Shown: one piece after another, positions 23,582 through 35,145 of the stretch
Position numbering within the stretch: the first letter of the stretch is position 1
Layout: each line of letters opens with the position of its first letter
Assembly (NCBI GenBank): GCA_013115125.1
Contig: JABANN010000054.1
Location: 1 to 64,000 of the forward strand
Origin: Perkinsus olseni
Taxonomy: Eukaryota
Length of the DNA: 64,000 bases
Direction of reading: 5' to 3'
The notes under the pieces: model-generated
Told to the model about the DNA's origin: nothing
What the model saw: only the letters and a program-made list of their open reading frames with translations
The model's database searches: none
Position numbers and translations under genes: made by a program

Positions 23582-25495
23582 ATGGCCTCGTTTGCGAGGG
23601 TAAATGGAAGCTGTAGTCGCCTCGTGGCTTCGAGAGCCTCCCAGTCTGTGGTACTACTACATGTGCGGTACTTCAACAAATCCTGTGGTCTAGTCGGCTA
23701 CCCTAACGTTGGCAAGTCGACAACCTTCAACGCCATCGTGGGGGCCCAGCTAGCAGAGGCAGCCAACTTCCCATTCTGTGAGCTCCACTATCTCGTCCAA
23801 AAGCAGGTCGTGAAGTCAGGTACGATCGAGCCGAATATTTCCAAGGCCAGCGTGCCCGACCCTCTCTTAGATGACCTGGCGAAAGTGGAGGGGTCCGCTA
23901 AGAAGATCCCCGGGCAGGTGGATCGTCCATACTAGTAGCCATCCGCTGTACTATACTTGCTCAGTTGGAAGTGAGGGACATCGCGGGCCTTGTAAAGGGG
24001 GCGAGTGAAGGCCAGGGGATGGGGAATAGTTTTCTTGCCAACATTCGCCACGTACATTGCATCATACAGGTCGGTGGAGGAGTGGGGATGCGCGTCAACT
24101 CAGTTGCTGTGCCGAAGATCGTTGCGGTCAGGTTGTGCGTTGTTTTTCTGATTCAAGGATAGCTCACGTGGACGATCCCGTGAACATCGATCCAGTGTCC
24201 GAGTTTGAAGCCATCTCCGTGAGGCTTTGGACTGGATACGCTGCCGGGTTATCGTCACATCAGGATGAACTCCTCATTGCGGATCTAGAAATGGCTACAC
24301 GGAAGATGCCGGGTCTTCGAAAGCGAGCTTGTGCTGACCGTGAAGCTAAAAAGGTGGGCTCGGCCACCGGAATGACCTTGAAACGACGGTCACGTGACAG
24401 CAGATGCTGCCGTTGTACGAGGCATGGTTGAAGGGCCTCAAGGAAGGAGTGCCTGTCCGCAACTTGCTCGACTTTGATAAGCTCATGGAGACCTTTGGAT
24501 CGAGAGTACGCCGAGAGGTGACCATTTGTACGGTATAGTCGAGTATAGGTCATGGCCACGGACCCGCTGCTTTGCGTTCTTATCACGGCCAAACCGATAC
24601 TGGTGATGGCCAACGTCCGTCCAGAAGATGTGAAGTCGGGCAATGATTACACAGAGACCTTACAGAAGCATGTTACACAGAATTGTACCCGAGGAGTAGA
24701 GCTTGTCGTGGTAGGGCGACCGGAGCCACTTCGTCCTGGCAGTTCTCTGTTCCTCACAGGCATCTTCTATTCTGGAAGAGGAGACTAGCTCCCTTGGAGA
24801 CGCTGACTTTCTGGCCGAGTATTTGGACTCCTACGGTCTCACTGAGCCTCGGCTGCCTCGAATGATGGACAGTGTGAAGACGCTGTTGGGTAACAGAAGA
24901 GGTTCCCTCTCGCGGTCCTACTTATGAGCCTCAGGAGTGTCGCATTACTACACGCTGGGGAGCAGTGAGGCACGAGCATGGTTCATTCAGAAGGGAGAGA
25001 AGGCGCCAGCGGCAGCTCGATATATTCACTCCGATTTCGAGAAGTACGCGGGGATGTCGCTGGAAGTGCTAATGATTATGTCGGGGATTTGTGATAAGAT
25101 GATGTTAAAGAAGTCGCTAGCGATTGTGTTTAACGGGATCCAGCTGTGGTTCCCATCAGTGATGGGCCATCACTATACGTGGTAGCTAGGAATATGCAAG
25201 AACGAAAGAAGGGTGGGTACGTTCGATGGGGTCTGGCGCTTCCCTTTCCACGCGATAAATTAGTGTTAGTGCATCATCAGGTTTTTCTTGACAGCCAAGC
25301 AGTGCCGGCCAGAGGAAGTTCTCAAACGCGGGGGCCTCGCGGGTGTGCGTGACGCGGGTGAGAGCCTCCAGGGTCACAGCAGCATGGGGCAGTCGATCTC
25401 CCCGTGCCCGTTCAGGTTCGATCAGGAATCGTGGGAAGGACTACGTCGTGCAGGAAGGAGACATCCTCGAGTTCATCGACCGCAGCAGTCACTGA
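23582..25495 (+). CDS. OLA1: Obg-like ATPase OLA1/YchF with N-terminal presequence-like extension
   Basis: [85 protein letters not shown]. Confidence 0.93.
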
Positions 25496-26211
25496 TACCA
25501 ACTTCTCGCATGTTTTCCTCACTGTGCAACACGTTTCCGTTTCCCGAACGGTCTTGCGTCAGTTAGCTATACCTCTCTTCCACCAACTCTCCACCGTTTG
25601 CAGTGAGCAGTCTGCTCCCTACGAAGGTGGTTTTATTGACTTCGACTCGAGGCCTGATTTGCGTGGTATTGATCATGTCGTGGTGGTGCTCTCCTCTGGC
25701 GTCGTTCATGGTGCGCTGTATCTGCAGATCATGCTCATCACCCCCAGTTGCTTGTTGCGTTTATTAATCAGTGGTTCATTGCTCTTTGGTGTGATTACCG
25801 GTTTCGCTGGTCGTAATCTGGTAGCAGGTATAGTGGGTCTGTGGACCGCGCAGCGCTCTCCCTGCTGCTGGATGTGGCTCGGGATCTAAGTCGCCGCAGC
25901 GCTGTCTGTGTCACGTCGTGTTGTAACGTCGAGTGTCGACGCGAGCTGGTCGCTGCTTGATGTTTATCTCCCCACCGATAGTGTTGGAACCATCCAGCTT
26001 TTTCCACTCCCGATTGCACGCAAGGAAATAGTAGAAGTAGCTTGCATGGTGAGCGTGAGAACGGCAGCCATGGCCTGGCGGACCTGGTGATACGCCACAG
26101 GAGAACAGTACAGGTGTCCTTCCGGAGCGTTTTCGAAGGCCAACTCCATTCCGTTTTCTCGGACCCCCTATCAGAAAACGAGGCCTGTGCAGTATCTTAC
26201 GTTGTATAGTA

Positions 26212-27930
26212 ATGGAGGAGCCTCGCGGTACTGCGGAAGAGAAGTTCACTCTCTCCCAGAAGGCTCTGCAGGGAAGGTGGATCCAACACCCTTTGCAGTG
26301 TTTGCTTACCGTTGTGGAGAACAAAGTGTAGGAGAGCTCATCAAACCTGCCCGACATGACCGACTTCTTGTTTGTCATGACGAGGATGGCGGCAGGTACT
26401 TTGAAGGCGGCGTCACCTACGATTTGGTGAAGCACTCTGATGGCCGACTTGAAGTAGGGCTGCCACTTGTCCGTGCTTACGCGTGGGGAGTCTGTGATTC
26501 AGGTCGGCGGCTACATTGGAGATCCTGAGCTCTCCTCGGCAAGCGAAATCCATTGGCATCTGCCGACTGGCGAGACTGCAACATGGACTTATGAAGGGGA
26601 GAACGACGTGAGCCGAGCGAGGCGTTGCTGCGCTTCTGTGACAGCCATGATGCTCAGGGCTTCGGAGGTACAGCGACGGACGTCGACCCGAGTCTTATTC
26701 TCACTGAAGGACGATCGAAACGTTACAAACCGGTGAGTAGCCTGGCGGCCTTGCCGGGTTCTGTTGCTCGGCGACTATGATAGTGTTCCTCGTCAGGCCG
26801 TCGACTACGCTGCGTTGGAGGCTCAACTGAGACGAGAGGAAGCGGGGCTGACGTCGGAGTCGAGCAGCCCTACTGAGAGGAGACAGTCGACTGACTTCAC
26901 GTATGTCGTTGGGGTGTGACCTCGAGATCGTGTCGTTACTTTTCACTGTTCTTGTTCTCTTATTTTCTCGGCAGGATGGGAGCTCATCAGGCAGCCAAAA
27001 GCGCGGCAGCTGCGAAAGCGTAAGTTCACGAGCGTCTAGAGCTCAGGCCAACATCGCTGACTGGCTCGTGCACTGCACTCAGTGCTACTCTCATGTCTGT
27101 GGCTGAGGATGGGTCTTTCTGAAGGTACTCAATCCTTCGTGACAAAATCATTCTCTGGCTGGGCACCACCAACACTAATCGAATCGACAGCATCGTCAGG
27201 AAACGCGGCGAGATCCACCATCATTTCGAAATACCCGGGATGCTCGACGAGAGTCTTTCCATGTAACGAAGAAGACGAAGGTTCTTTCGTACAAGCGGCG
27301 CTCCGTCGTGAGAGCAGCTTCGCTTGCTCCGAGTAGCGCCGTGCTCAGGCTCAGAAACGACTACGACATAGAATGCTCTCACAAAGATAAAATGACTTTT
27401 GTGCGCTTCACTTATGACCAGTGGAGGAGGGCGCTCGAGAAAGAGAATCTCGAGATCGCGGAGGGTCGCTCTGGCGAGTCACCGGGTAGCTCAACTCGAC
27501 CTGTCGTCCAACAGGAAGATGAGTTGTCAGGGGCGCCAAGTTCCCCGCGCAAGCGGTGCCTTTGTGTTTCCTATTCTTCCCCTACCAAAAGGGATGTTGG
27601 TAAAGTAGCAGCTGAACTCAATCTCGTTACCGAGGGTACGCTCCTCGAATCCGAGAAGGTGAGCGCTGTGCTTCTCCACCTGCAGCGGATTCTTCCGACC
27701 AGATTAAACCTTTGCTCGGAGTTCTGGACCGGTATGTTATGGATGTTGAGACTCTTCGCGACACTAAAATTGGACGAATCGTCCGCCGATATTCCCGGCA
27801 TGAGGATCCCGACGTGCAGGAGGTGGTAAGCCGGTCTGAGTTTTGTCCAAGTGTTGGTTCTCAGGCTAGTAGAAGCCTCATCGCCAAGTGGAAAGCTGTA
27901 TATCGGGACGCTAAAGCTAGCGAACATTAG
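26212..27930 (+). CDS. protein with C-terminal TFIIS N-terminal (IWS1/Med26-like) domain; 5' end uncertain
   Basis: LLGVLDRYVMDVETLRDTKIGRIVRRYSRHEDPDVQE-ASRSLIAKWKAV matches the TFIIS-N consensus. Confidence 0.6.
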
Positions 27931-28142
27931 AGCATTTCTTTTTTTCAAATTCTGTGACTCGTCTCTCGTGTTGAGCTAAGAGTGAACGCATCATGGCGTG
28001 CTTGCGTCGTGAGAAACGGGTATCGAACACAACATGAGATCTTATACAAAAAACATCGTCATAAACATCATCGTAAACATCCTATAAAGTCATCAGTACT
28101 GGAAATAGCCAGCAACAATCAGCCATACGAGCTGCCTCCAAG

Positions 28143-29144
28143 TCACTCAACTGCGTCTTTGCTTATTGGCGCGAAGTACGTCTTCCCAAATTTGGTCTTA
28201 TACTTGGGAGTTCGGTTAGATTCGGGTTCATCCAGGTTCCGAAGTCTTCTTGGAGCATCCGAGTTTTGCGAGGGGTCTACTTGTAAGGCCTCGGATTCAT
28301 TCCAGAAAGGTCCTCGCCACGTGTGCCCTAGACCTTGTGCTCGGGCTACTCTTTGGGATGGTGCCTCCACTTGCTCTGCACCGCCTTGCCTCTTTCTGCT
28401 TACCGTTAATTCCGCACTGACTGGCATCGTCTCCGCAGCCGGAAACTCACGGTATCTTCCCTCGGGACTGGTAGACGCAACTGGAGCTACTCTGTGCTGT
28501 CTGCTAAGATGCTCGCCGGTAGTGTCGTCACCCGTCGAGGGCTCCATGGTGACGAAGATGAAGTCTGATCTCTCGTAACGTTTGTCGTATTTATGCAACT
28601 TGCAGAAGCCGAGACTGATCGTACCATCATCTTCTGAACACAGCAGGATCTTGGACAGCAGGGCCGCCCCCAAAGTCGGTCTGAAAGCCCTTGATACTTC
28701 CTTCATCCCCTTCCATGGGTTGCTCTTCGCCGAATGCTGACCCATGGCTGCGATTCTCGCCGGACTTGGCCCTGACTGCGATCCTGTGAGCCCCCAACAG
28801 TCTCCTCCGAAATCATCGGTTAGCCTTCCCAGCAACGGTTTCCGCTTGTTGCTTGTGCCAACAAAGGACATCGTTCCAACAAGATACGAAGTACCCTCAG
28901 AATGAGTGAAGTTCATGTCGACTAACGGGACTACTATTTGTGGACTAGGAAGGTCGACCACCATCGTCAGATCTACCAGGTCAGGTATCTTTGATTTATC
29001 AGACTCTCTTATACGGTAATGACCGACCTTGTCACGTAAGGGGCTGTAGAGAAGTTGGGATCGATAACGAACGGTGGGGCGGGACAAAAAAGCCAGCCTC
29101 GCGAGGTTGAGTAGAATAAGGATGCGGATGTTAGCAGACATCAT
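28143..29144 (-). CDS. intronless secreted lineage-specific protein, paralog of the 43-kb gene
   Basis: Single ORF (in-frame upstream Met codons exist); GHYRIRESDKSKIPDLVDLTMVVDLP, CWGL, YERSDFIFVTMEP and TKFGKTY are shared with 43016-43958. Confidence 0.75.
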   Translation of the reverse strand: MMSANIRILILLNLARLAFLSRPTVRYRSQLLYSPLRDKVGHYRIRESDKSKIPDLVDLTMVVDLPSPQIVVPLVDMNFTHSEGTSYLVGTMSFVGTSNKRKPLLGRLTDDFGGDCWGLTGSQSGPSPARIAAMGQHSAKSNPWKGMKEVSRAFRPTLGAALLSKILLCSEDDGTISLGFCKLHKYDKRYERSDFIFVTMEPSTGDDTTGEHLSRQHRVAPVASTSPEGRYREFPAAETMPVSAELTVSRKRQGGAEQVEAPSQRVARAQGLGHTWRGPFWNESEALQVDPSQNSDAPRRLRNLDEPESNRTPKYKTKFGKTYFAPISKDAVE

Positions 29145-29374
29145 GCTGAAGGGTGGGGTAGGGTGCCACGCAGCTCCAACTGCCAACAAAAGTTCCACTG
29201 AAATCACGACTCCGCAGAGAAGAGACATCGCTGAACGCGGGACATTCTCTCCGATTCTCTCGAGGGACGCTATCTGGAAATACATATCGGGGGTCACGCC
29301 ATCGCGGTAGGCCACATCCGAATTGAGGCGAGCGAACTCAACTTCCGCTCGATGATGACTCGGAAACAACTCCG

Positions 29375-30450
29375 CTAGCCGCCCTCGTCACTCGAGGGGC
29401 CTCCTTCTTCATGCAATCGATGTAATCGTAGGCGGAATACCATGGCCGTGAGGTAAGGCTCACCACTTCTACTCATACCTACAGCTGACACCATGGTCAA
29501 CCTAAGATACTCATCCGATGTACCTTTCCTGCAAGGTAGATTCTCGAACCTCGCGCTTGATCTGATGTGCTGACCTTCACCATCGTCACCTGAGGTAGTT
29601 CGAGTGGAGCAGTAACGGACGGTTCTCGGCATACACTGAACCCCGGCGATCTCTAGCGCCTCCACAATCTTCCCAATGCACAGCGGGCCGATGCCTGGAC
29701 ACAGGAAGCACTCCGTTGAATACACAGACCCGATTCGAGGGAGCGTTCCGTGAGCGACTTTCGAACTCATCCCATCGAAAACCTACTTTACCTTGCACTT
29801 CGACGCAAGGATGCTCTCGCAAAGACAGCGAGATGGCTCCGGCCAGTTTGACTCGATCCGACTCGGCACTGGCAGTCAGCCTCGCAGGCGCCGTCGTATC
29901 GTCTCGAGCCTCTGAGCATCTCCAGGTCTTATGGAGTGTGATCCAACTATTACGCTTAGCGAAGGCTGCAATAGACTTTCATCGAGCGAGTCATAAGCTT
30001 CCCCTTACCTCCCATGCTTTTTGCTATCTCCTCGGTCGGCCCAGTGATCTCCATCTCAATCGGCTTCTGCTCATCGGCTAGTTTCATAGCGGCGGCGGCC
30101 GCCTTCACAGCTGTGGAGATGGTCTCCGTACCAACCTGAGAGGAGGACGAGGCTCTATGCACGTCAAGAAGTAAGCCCGCAGTCTACCGCCTCGAAAACG
30201 AGCATGTCGCCGACTCTTCGCAAGTAGAGATGAGCCATCCTGCCAAGCTCAGAAACATCTGACGAGGATCGGTGACGCCCGCCGACCTCCGATACTATCG
30301 CCTACCGGCTCGGCGGGAAATTCTGAATCTGTTCTCGCAGGCCTCCATCTCCCTCGTCGCCATTCGTCTCGCGACCAGCAACGGCTGAGCTAGTGTGAAG
30401 AATCCGCAGCTGCGACTGAGCCGGCGAAAGGGAGAGGGCCATCGCAGCAT
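29375..30450 (-). CDS. tandem SpoVS-like (Alba-fold) two-repeat protein B, presequence-like N-terminus
   Basis: MLRWPSPFRRLSRSCGF; repeat 1 FRISRRA-DVSELGRMAHLYLRRVGDMLVFEA-VGTETISTAVKAAAAA; repeat 2 LTASAESDRVKLAGAISLSLREHPCVEVQGIGPLCIGKIVEALEIA...SGEPYLTAMVFRL. Confidence 0.72.
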
Positions 30451-30519
30451 AGAACGGATACTGGTGATACGAAGGGAAGTGCAACACTGAGCAACATGAT
30501 CAGAAACTATCATCATCGC

Positions 30520-31472
30520 TCATGTCAAGGTCCGATCAATTTCAAAGTCATCTTCGAGACGGACCCGAAGGTTGATGCCGCTGATGGTCGTCTCCCCAGA
30601 TCGTGAGTAACCTACACATACCTCTGGACGACGGCAATTCATTCGAGACATACCAGAGTCGCTCTGCACTTGATAGAAGGAGGGCCTGGCCAGCAACTCC
30701 CCTGCAAGCTTCTCCTTTCGACAGAACTCAGCAGTTACCGTCATGGCCTCGGCCATCTTATGAACACAAACCGGTCCGATGCCTGAGCGTGGCCAAGAGC
30801 GAGCCATCCTCGTGATGAAGGTGGGAAGAAGCTCTCACCGTGCAGGTCCACGGGTGTCCTTTCTTTCAGTGAGCTGCTGATCGCTCCCGCCAGAGCGTGC
30901 ACACGAGTGGCTGTTGAGACTATCAATGCTCGGGTCTCTTCTGGTAGCTCAGGGACCAGTGGAGCATCCGCTAAGCGAATCACTAGCCAGATCTCGTAGT
31001 CTCGCCGTTCTGAAGGACGTGCGCTTCCGGCTATGAGATGGTCGGAGAGCTCACGTGAGTTCATTATCATACCGGGTGCGGGGCCGGTGAAGTGAACGTT
31101 CAGAGGAGTGGCACGGCCGAAACGCTGTGCAGCTATGGTGGCTGCCTTCACTGCGCAGTTGATAGGATGGGCACCCATCTGAGGAGATCTACGGACTATA
31201 ACCGACGGTGATAGGGACCCACCCCCTGCAGGACGAGGGCGTCTCCAGGCTGTATGAGGACACCCTGAATCAACTGAGCCAGCTCGCGTGCATCTAATGG
31301 GGAGAGCGGCGCCGCAGCGATGGGAGGAAGGGGATCTACCAGCCTCCTTCGAGACCCTGAACTTATCCTCAATAGCGACTATATCCGGCCCGGCACGGAT
31401 TCCCCACATGTCTCGGTGTGCGGCAGAGAGAGTGAGAAAGCCACGGCATAGCGACGGCGGCCGTGGAAGCAT
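30520..31472 (-). CDS. tandem SpoVS-like (Alba-fold) two-repeat protein A, presequence-like N-terminus
   Basis: MLPRPPSLCRGFLTLSAAHR; repeat 1 FRVSKEA-DARELAQLIQGVLIQPGDALVLQG-MGAHPINCAVKAATIA; repeat 2 LIVSTATRVHALAGAISSSLKERTPVDLHGIGPVCVHKMAEAMTVTAEF...RPSF...SGETTISGINLRV. Confidence 0.72.
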
Positions 31473-31645
31473 CGAAAACTGAGCGCTGGTGACTTATTCA
31501 CCATTCGATGAACACGAGCTCGGCTGGCTGTGAGAATGCAATACTCTCCCGAGTCCAGTGAGAGTCAATTGTTGTGAAGTGGCTTCATTTCAATGGAAAT
31601 AACAAGATACAAGATTGAATGATATTAACTGCAGAGGTCTCACGG

Positions 31646-31738
31646 TCATGACCTGCTAGGCGCAGCAGCCTCATCATCAGCGGCAACAGCAGCCGCAGCA
31701 GCCGCAGAAGCAGCAGCGGCGGCGGCGGCAGCGGCAGT

Positions 31739-31787
<49 letters not shown>

Positions 31788-32474
31788 GCATCAGCAGCAG
31801 CAGCAGCAGCAGCAGCAGGATGTGTTGGTGGTGCCCGACGTGGATCTGAGATTGTACGTACCAACGAGACGCGATGCTATCGGTCAGCGCTCACCTTCCC
31901 TCTTCCCACCCTCACGTCCCTCCTCGGCGGCATCGGCGGGGCCCTTCTTCGGATCAAACCCCAGCTGATTGCCCACCTCATCTACAGGCTCGCCGTCGGA
32001 CTCTCCAGAGGACACTTCGACGGGCTCCTCATCATAACTCAGTACAGGCTCACACTCTGATGACGTATCGCTATACACACTTGAGTCTTCTTCCTCAACC
32101 GGTCGCACCAGCCCCTGCTCTCTCAGCCTGCGGTACCGCTCCCTTATCTGCGGCTTTATGAACTTTTTCCAGTGCTCCTTCATGCTCTGCCAGCTCCTCC
32201 CGGGCAGGACACCTGATCGTTCAACTGAGTAGGGGGATAGTGCCATAATGATGATGAGCTTACAATCCCGCTCAGCGTGCTTCCAGAAGCTATCTCCTTT
32301 GGTCGAAGGCGGTGGACGTCCCCTCATCCTAGCCCTCCTGCTGACCTCCTTCACATAATGCTCCAACTTCACGTCCTCCACCATCGAACACTGCCTTCGT
32401 CTCTTGTCCTCCCGGTCCTCCCTGACGATCTGCTCCTCGAACCAATATTCGTTGCCATCCTCTGAAGTTGCCAT
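31646..32474 (-). CDS. RAP1-type Myb-domain protein with acidic poly-Asp/poly-Ala tail (paralog 1)
   Basis: EDVKLEHYV...TKGDSFWKHAE...LPGRSWQSMKEHWKKFIKP resembles the RAP1/TERF2IP Myb (GNALWK..HSWQSLKDRYLKHL); last exon encodes Ala and Asp runs. Confidence 0.7.
31663..31817. repeat. compound trinucleotide microsatellite (CAG/CGG)n-(CAT)15-(CAG)n
   Basis: Directly visible; (CAT)15 at 31741-31785. Confidence 0.95.
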
Positions 32475-32961
32475 CGTTGATGTGAGAATGGAGCGAACAA
32501 CTGCGAGCGAACAAGGTGATACCAATCAGAAAAAATGTCCCATGCGCAACTTGCGCTCTTCGCAACCCGTAGCGGCCTCTTTCGACCACTGAAATAGTGC
32601 ACGATTCCGATCTATCCCCATCAGATCGGGAGGGATGTGTGGCGTCGGGTCACGGAAAAGCACCCCTCACAATTCCTGAGCCACATCCTCCTGGCGCCAG
32701 AGCTAAGACGCGGAAGAGAGAGCGATGGCCCGTGGGAATAAGGAGAGTCATCGAATCATCCACCATGTGATGATCACTAGAGCGAATTCAGCGTCCAGAG
32801 AACTGTTGATGAACTCAAGACACTCCCACGCGTGTCGAAGAAACTCTGGGTGAACGTGGTAGATAGAGGGTAGGAGGAGGAGACCAGCGAGGTCGCTAAA
32901 CAAAGGCATGATGCTACCGTGGTGGTGAAGGAAGTGGTGGCAACAGCGGTAAACGAACATG

Positions 32962-33042
32962 CTAACCCCGCATCAGCTCCGGCTGCAGGACTTTCTTCCA
33001 GTGCTCCTTGAGGCCTTGCCAGGGTCTGTCAACGGTGCCCGC

Positions 33043-33084
<42 letters not shown>

Positions 33085-33330
33085 CAGAATATCCTAACGT
33101 CCTGGTGATGGTGACCCACCTGCCCTCAGCTCTACCGCAGCTAGCTTCCAGAATTTGTCGCCCTTCAAGCTGAGCCGCCGTCTGCTGCTGCGTTTCCGTT
33201 CACGCATGTACTCAGCCACCTTACGTGTCACATACTCAACAATTGCCGCGTCTTCTTCGGCAGTGTAGGGGCCCTTCCTGGGAACTGAAGTCTCCTCTCT
33301 AAGGAAATCTTTCAAAAGGGCGGTAGCCAT
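32962..33330 (-). CDS. RAP1-type Myb-domain protein (paralog 2; 3' end uncertain)
   Basis: RKGPYTAEEDAAIVEYV...LKGDKFWKLAA...DRPWQGLKEHWKKVLQP. Confidence 0.72.
33043..33084. repeat. (TGA)14 microsatellite inside the intron of Myb paralog 2
   Basis: Directly visible; on the minus strand it reads (CAT)n and ends at the 3' splice-site CAG. Confidence 0.95.
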
Positions 33331-33473
33331 GACACCGGATGACGGCCACGAACGACTGAAGTACTAGAGGACTAATCAGTAGATAGTCCTCAGGGTTCTG
33401 GCGCAACACGGTTCAGCAAAGAATACGCTAATTTGGTTTGAGTGAGAACAGTAATAAGATGTGAAAATCGGAG

Positions 33474-35141
33474 TCAATCTTCTTTCGTATGCCTGGCAGG
33501 CGATCGCGGGGTACTTTCCAATAGAAAACTCGTGATTTTATTGTGAGCCTCGAAAGAAGCCTCGTCGTCCAGGCAAAGCTCCCTGATAGAGAAGGATAAC
33601 CTAAACTCCACGCCCGTCCACTTACGGCTCAGTGGCACGAGCGATGGACAGGCGGGTGGCATCCGCTAGGTCTTCGCCGGTAGAAGCAGCAGTATCCGAT
33701 GGGCATACCTAAACGGCAGCACGAGAGCAGCGCTCCTCACTATAAAACGTGAGTGGTAGGGTACTTACTTCTGGCAGCCAGTAGACGTCAGAGTGCATGT
33801 CCTCAATACAGGCCAGAGCGAGGAAGATGAGGACGTGGCAAAGGAGATCAAGGCAGGTGTAGGAGCAATGGTCAGAGGCGTACGCAAGCTTTACAGGCTG
33901 AACCTGACGACACCACAACGCTCGACATAGCTGTCGTGAGTGGATGGTGCGGTACTGGTAAAAGACTCTCAAATGCTCCCTTCCGGAACTTCATCAATGA
34001 TGTGCCGTTGGTCGTGGTGCCCTCGGGGAAGATGCACAGCTGGAACTGTGTCGAACCGCTCATGACGCCTAGGCAGCGTCATCATCTCAGAGATCACATC
34101 GGGCGGGTAGGACTCACGTTCCTGCTTGTCCCTTATCTTTCCCACGACCTCCTCGCGCTCCTTGGGGCACTTGCTACGGCTGACGAACCTGAGCTACACT
34201 GAAGAGGCGTTCTGCTCTGCCCTCTGAGTTACACGCAATCAAAAGCTCGAGCAAGCTGGCCGATGAGGAACATGTCTCTGACGTCCTTCTTTGCCACGAA
34301 AGACAGGGGAGTGGCACCACAGCTCTCGAGGACCTATCCAAGGATACTTCCGAGTGTGATGGTGTTGAAACTAACGCAATGAACGTCTTACGTATATATC
34401 GAGATACGACACGTGATTGACTGCCACTGTTGGAACCTTTCTCGGAGAAAGGCGCTCGCCATGTTGTCTCACTGTGAGGCCTGACGGGAGGGTTTGATGG
34501 GCAGTCACATGGAGGGGAGTGTTACCTAGTACACGGAGGATGAGGTTGGCGCACACAGGGACGGCGGTCGAGAGTAACTTCTCCGATGGTATCAAGCAGA
34601 TGATGATGGCGAGGACATGTAGGGACGTAACGACAGCTATCTTTACGGGCACGGCCGTTGATGCCGCTATCTGAGACAATGACGGAAATCTTCGCTGTGA
34701 GCAGCGATATGTCAAATGAGAAGATTCGCAAAGATATCCGCCCGAAGGTAGAGCTTACCATGAGAAAAAGGTAATTAAGATTGCGAGGTGACGGGCGAAT
34801 GAAGGACTTCCATGATGGAGGTACATGACCTGACTCGGTAAGAAAACTGAGCGCCAGCTGCCAGAGTTACGAGGCCTCACCAAAAACTCTGATGATTTTA
34901 TCGGTGTCGCAAAGCATCGCCTGCTTGTAGGACAGATGCATACCAATGATGCATGCCAAAGTGAGAAGGGCGTAGCCCAACACGGACACGACCATGAACC
35001 CTTCGTAAACTGAGTATCCCTGTGATGCCATCATCGCAGGGAGTCAACTGAGGCGAAAACAATACTCACCACCCTTACAACAACAGCAACGCTGGTAAAT
35101 CTGCAGAAACATGTGGACAGAAACACAATTGGAGCATGCAT
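33474..35141 (-). CDS. LPCAT: lysophospholipid acyltransferase (LPCAT-like, PlsC domain), multi-exon; start uncertain
   Basis: NHVSYLD (motif I), FVAKKDV...IGQLAR, LCIFPEGTTTNGTSLMKFRKGAF, PVQPV. Confidence 0.88.
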
Positions 35142-35145
35142 TGGG

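Noticed and set aside
25044-25280. Longer introns in OLA1 (also DPH1, about 18666-18795 and 19594-19739) as snoRNA hosts
   Set aside because: No convincing C/D box pair with terminal stem and no H/ACA layout found by eye
27982-28578. 198-aa plus-strand ORF
   Set aside because: Mostly the antisense shadow of the secreted-family gene; no motif
31585-31791. ORF encoding poly-Met/poly-Leu
   Set aside because: Alternative frame of the microsatellite; the splice phase supports the poly-Asp/Ala frame
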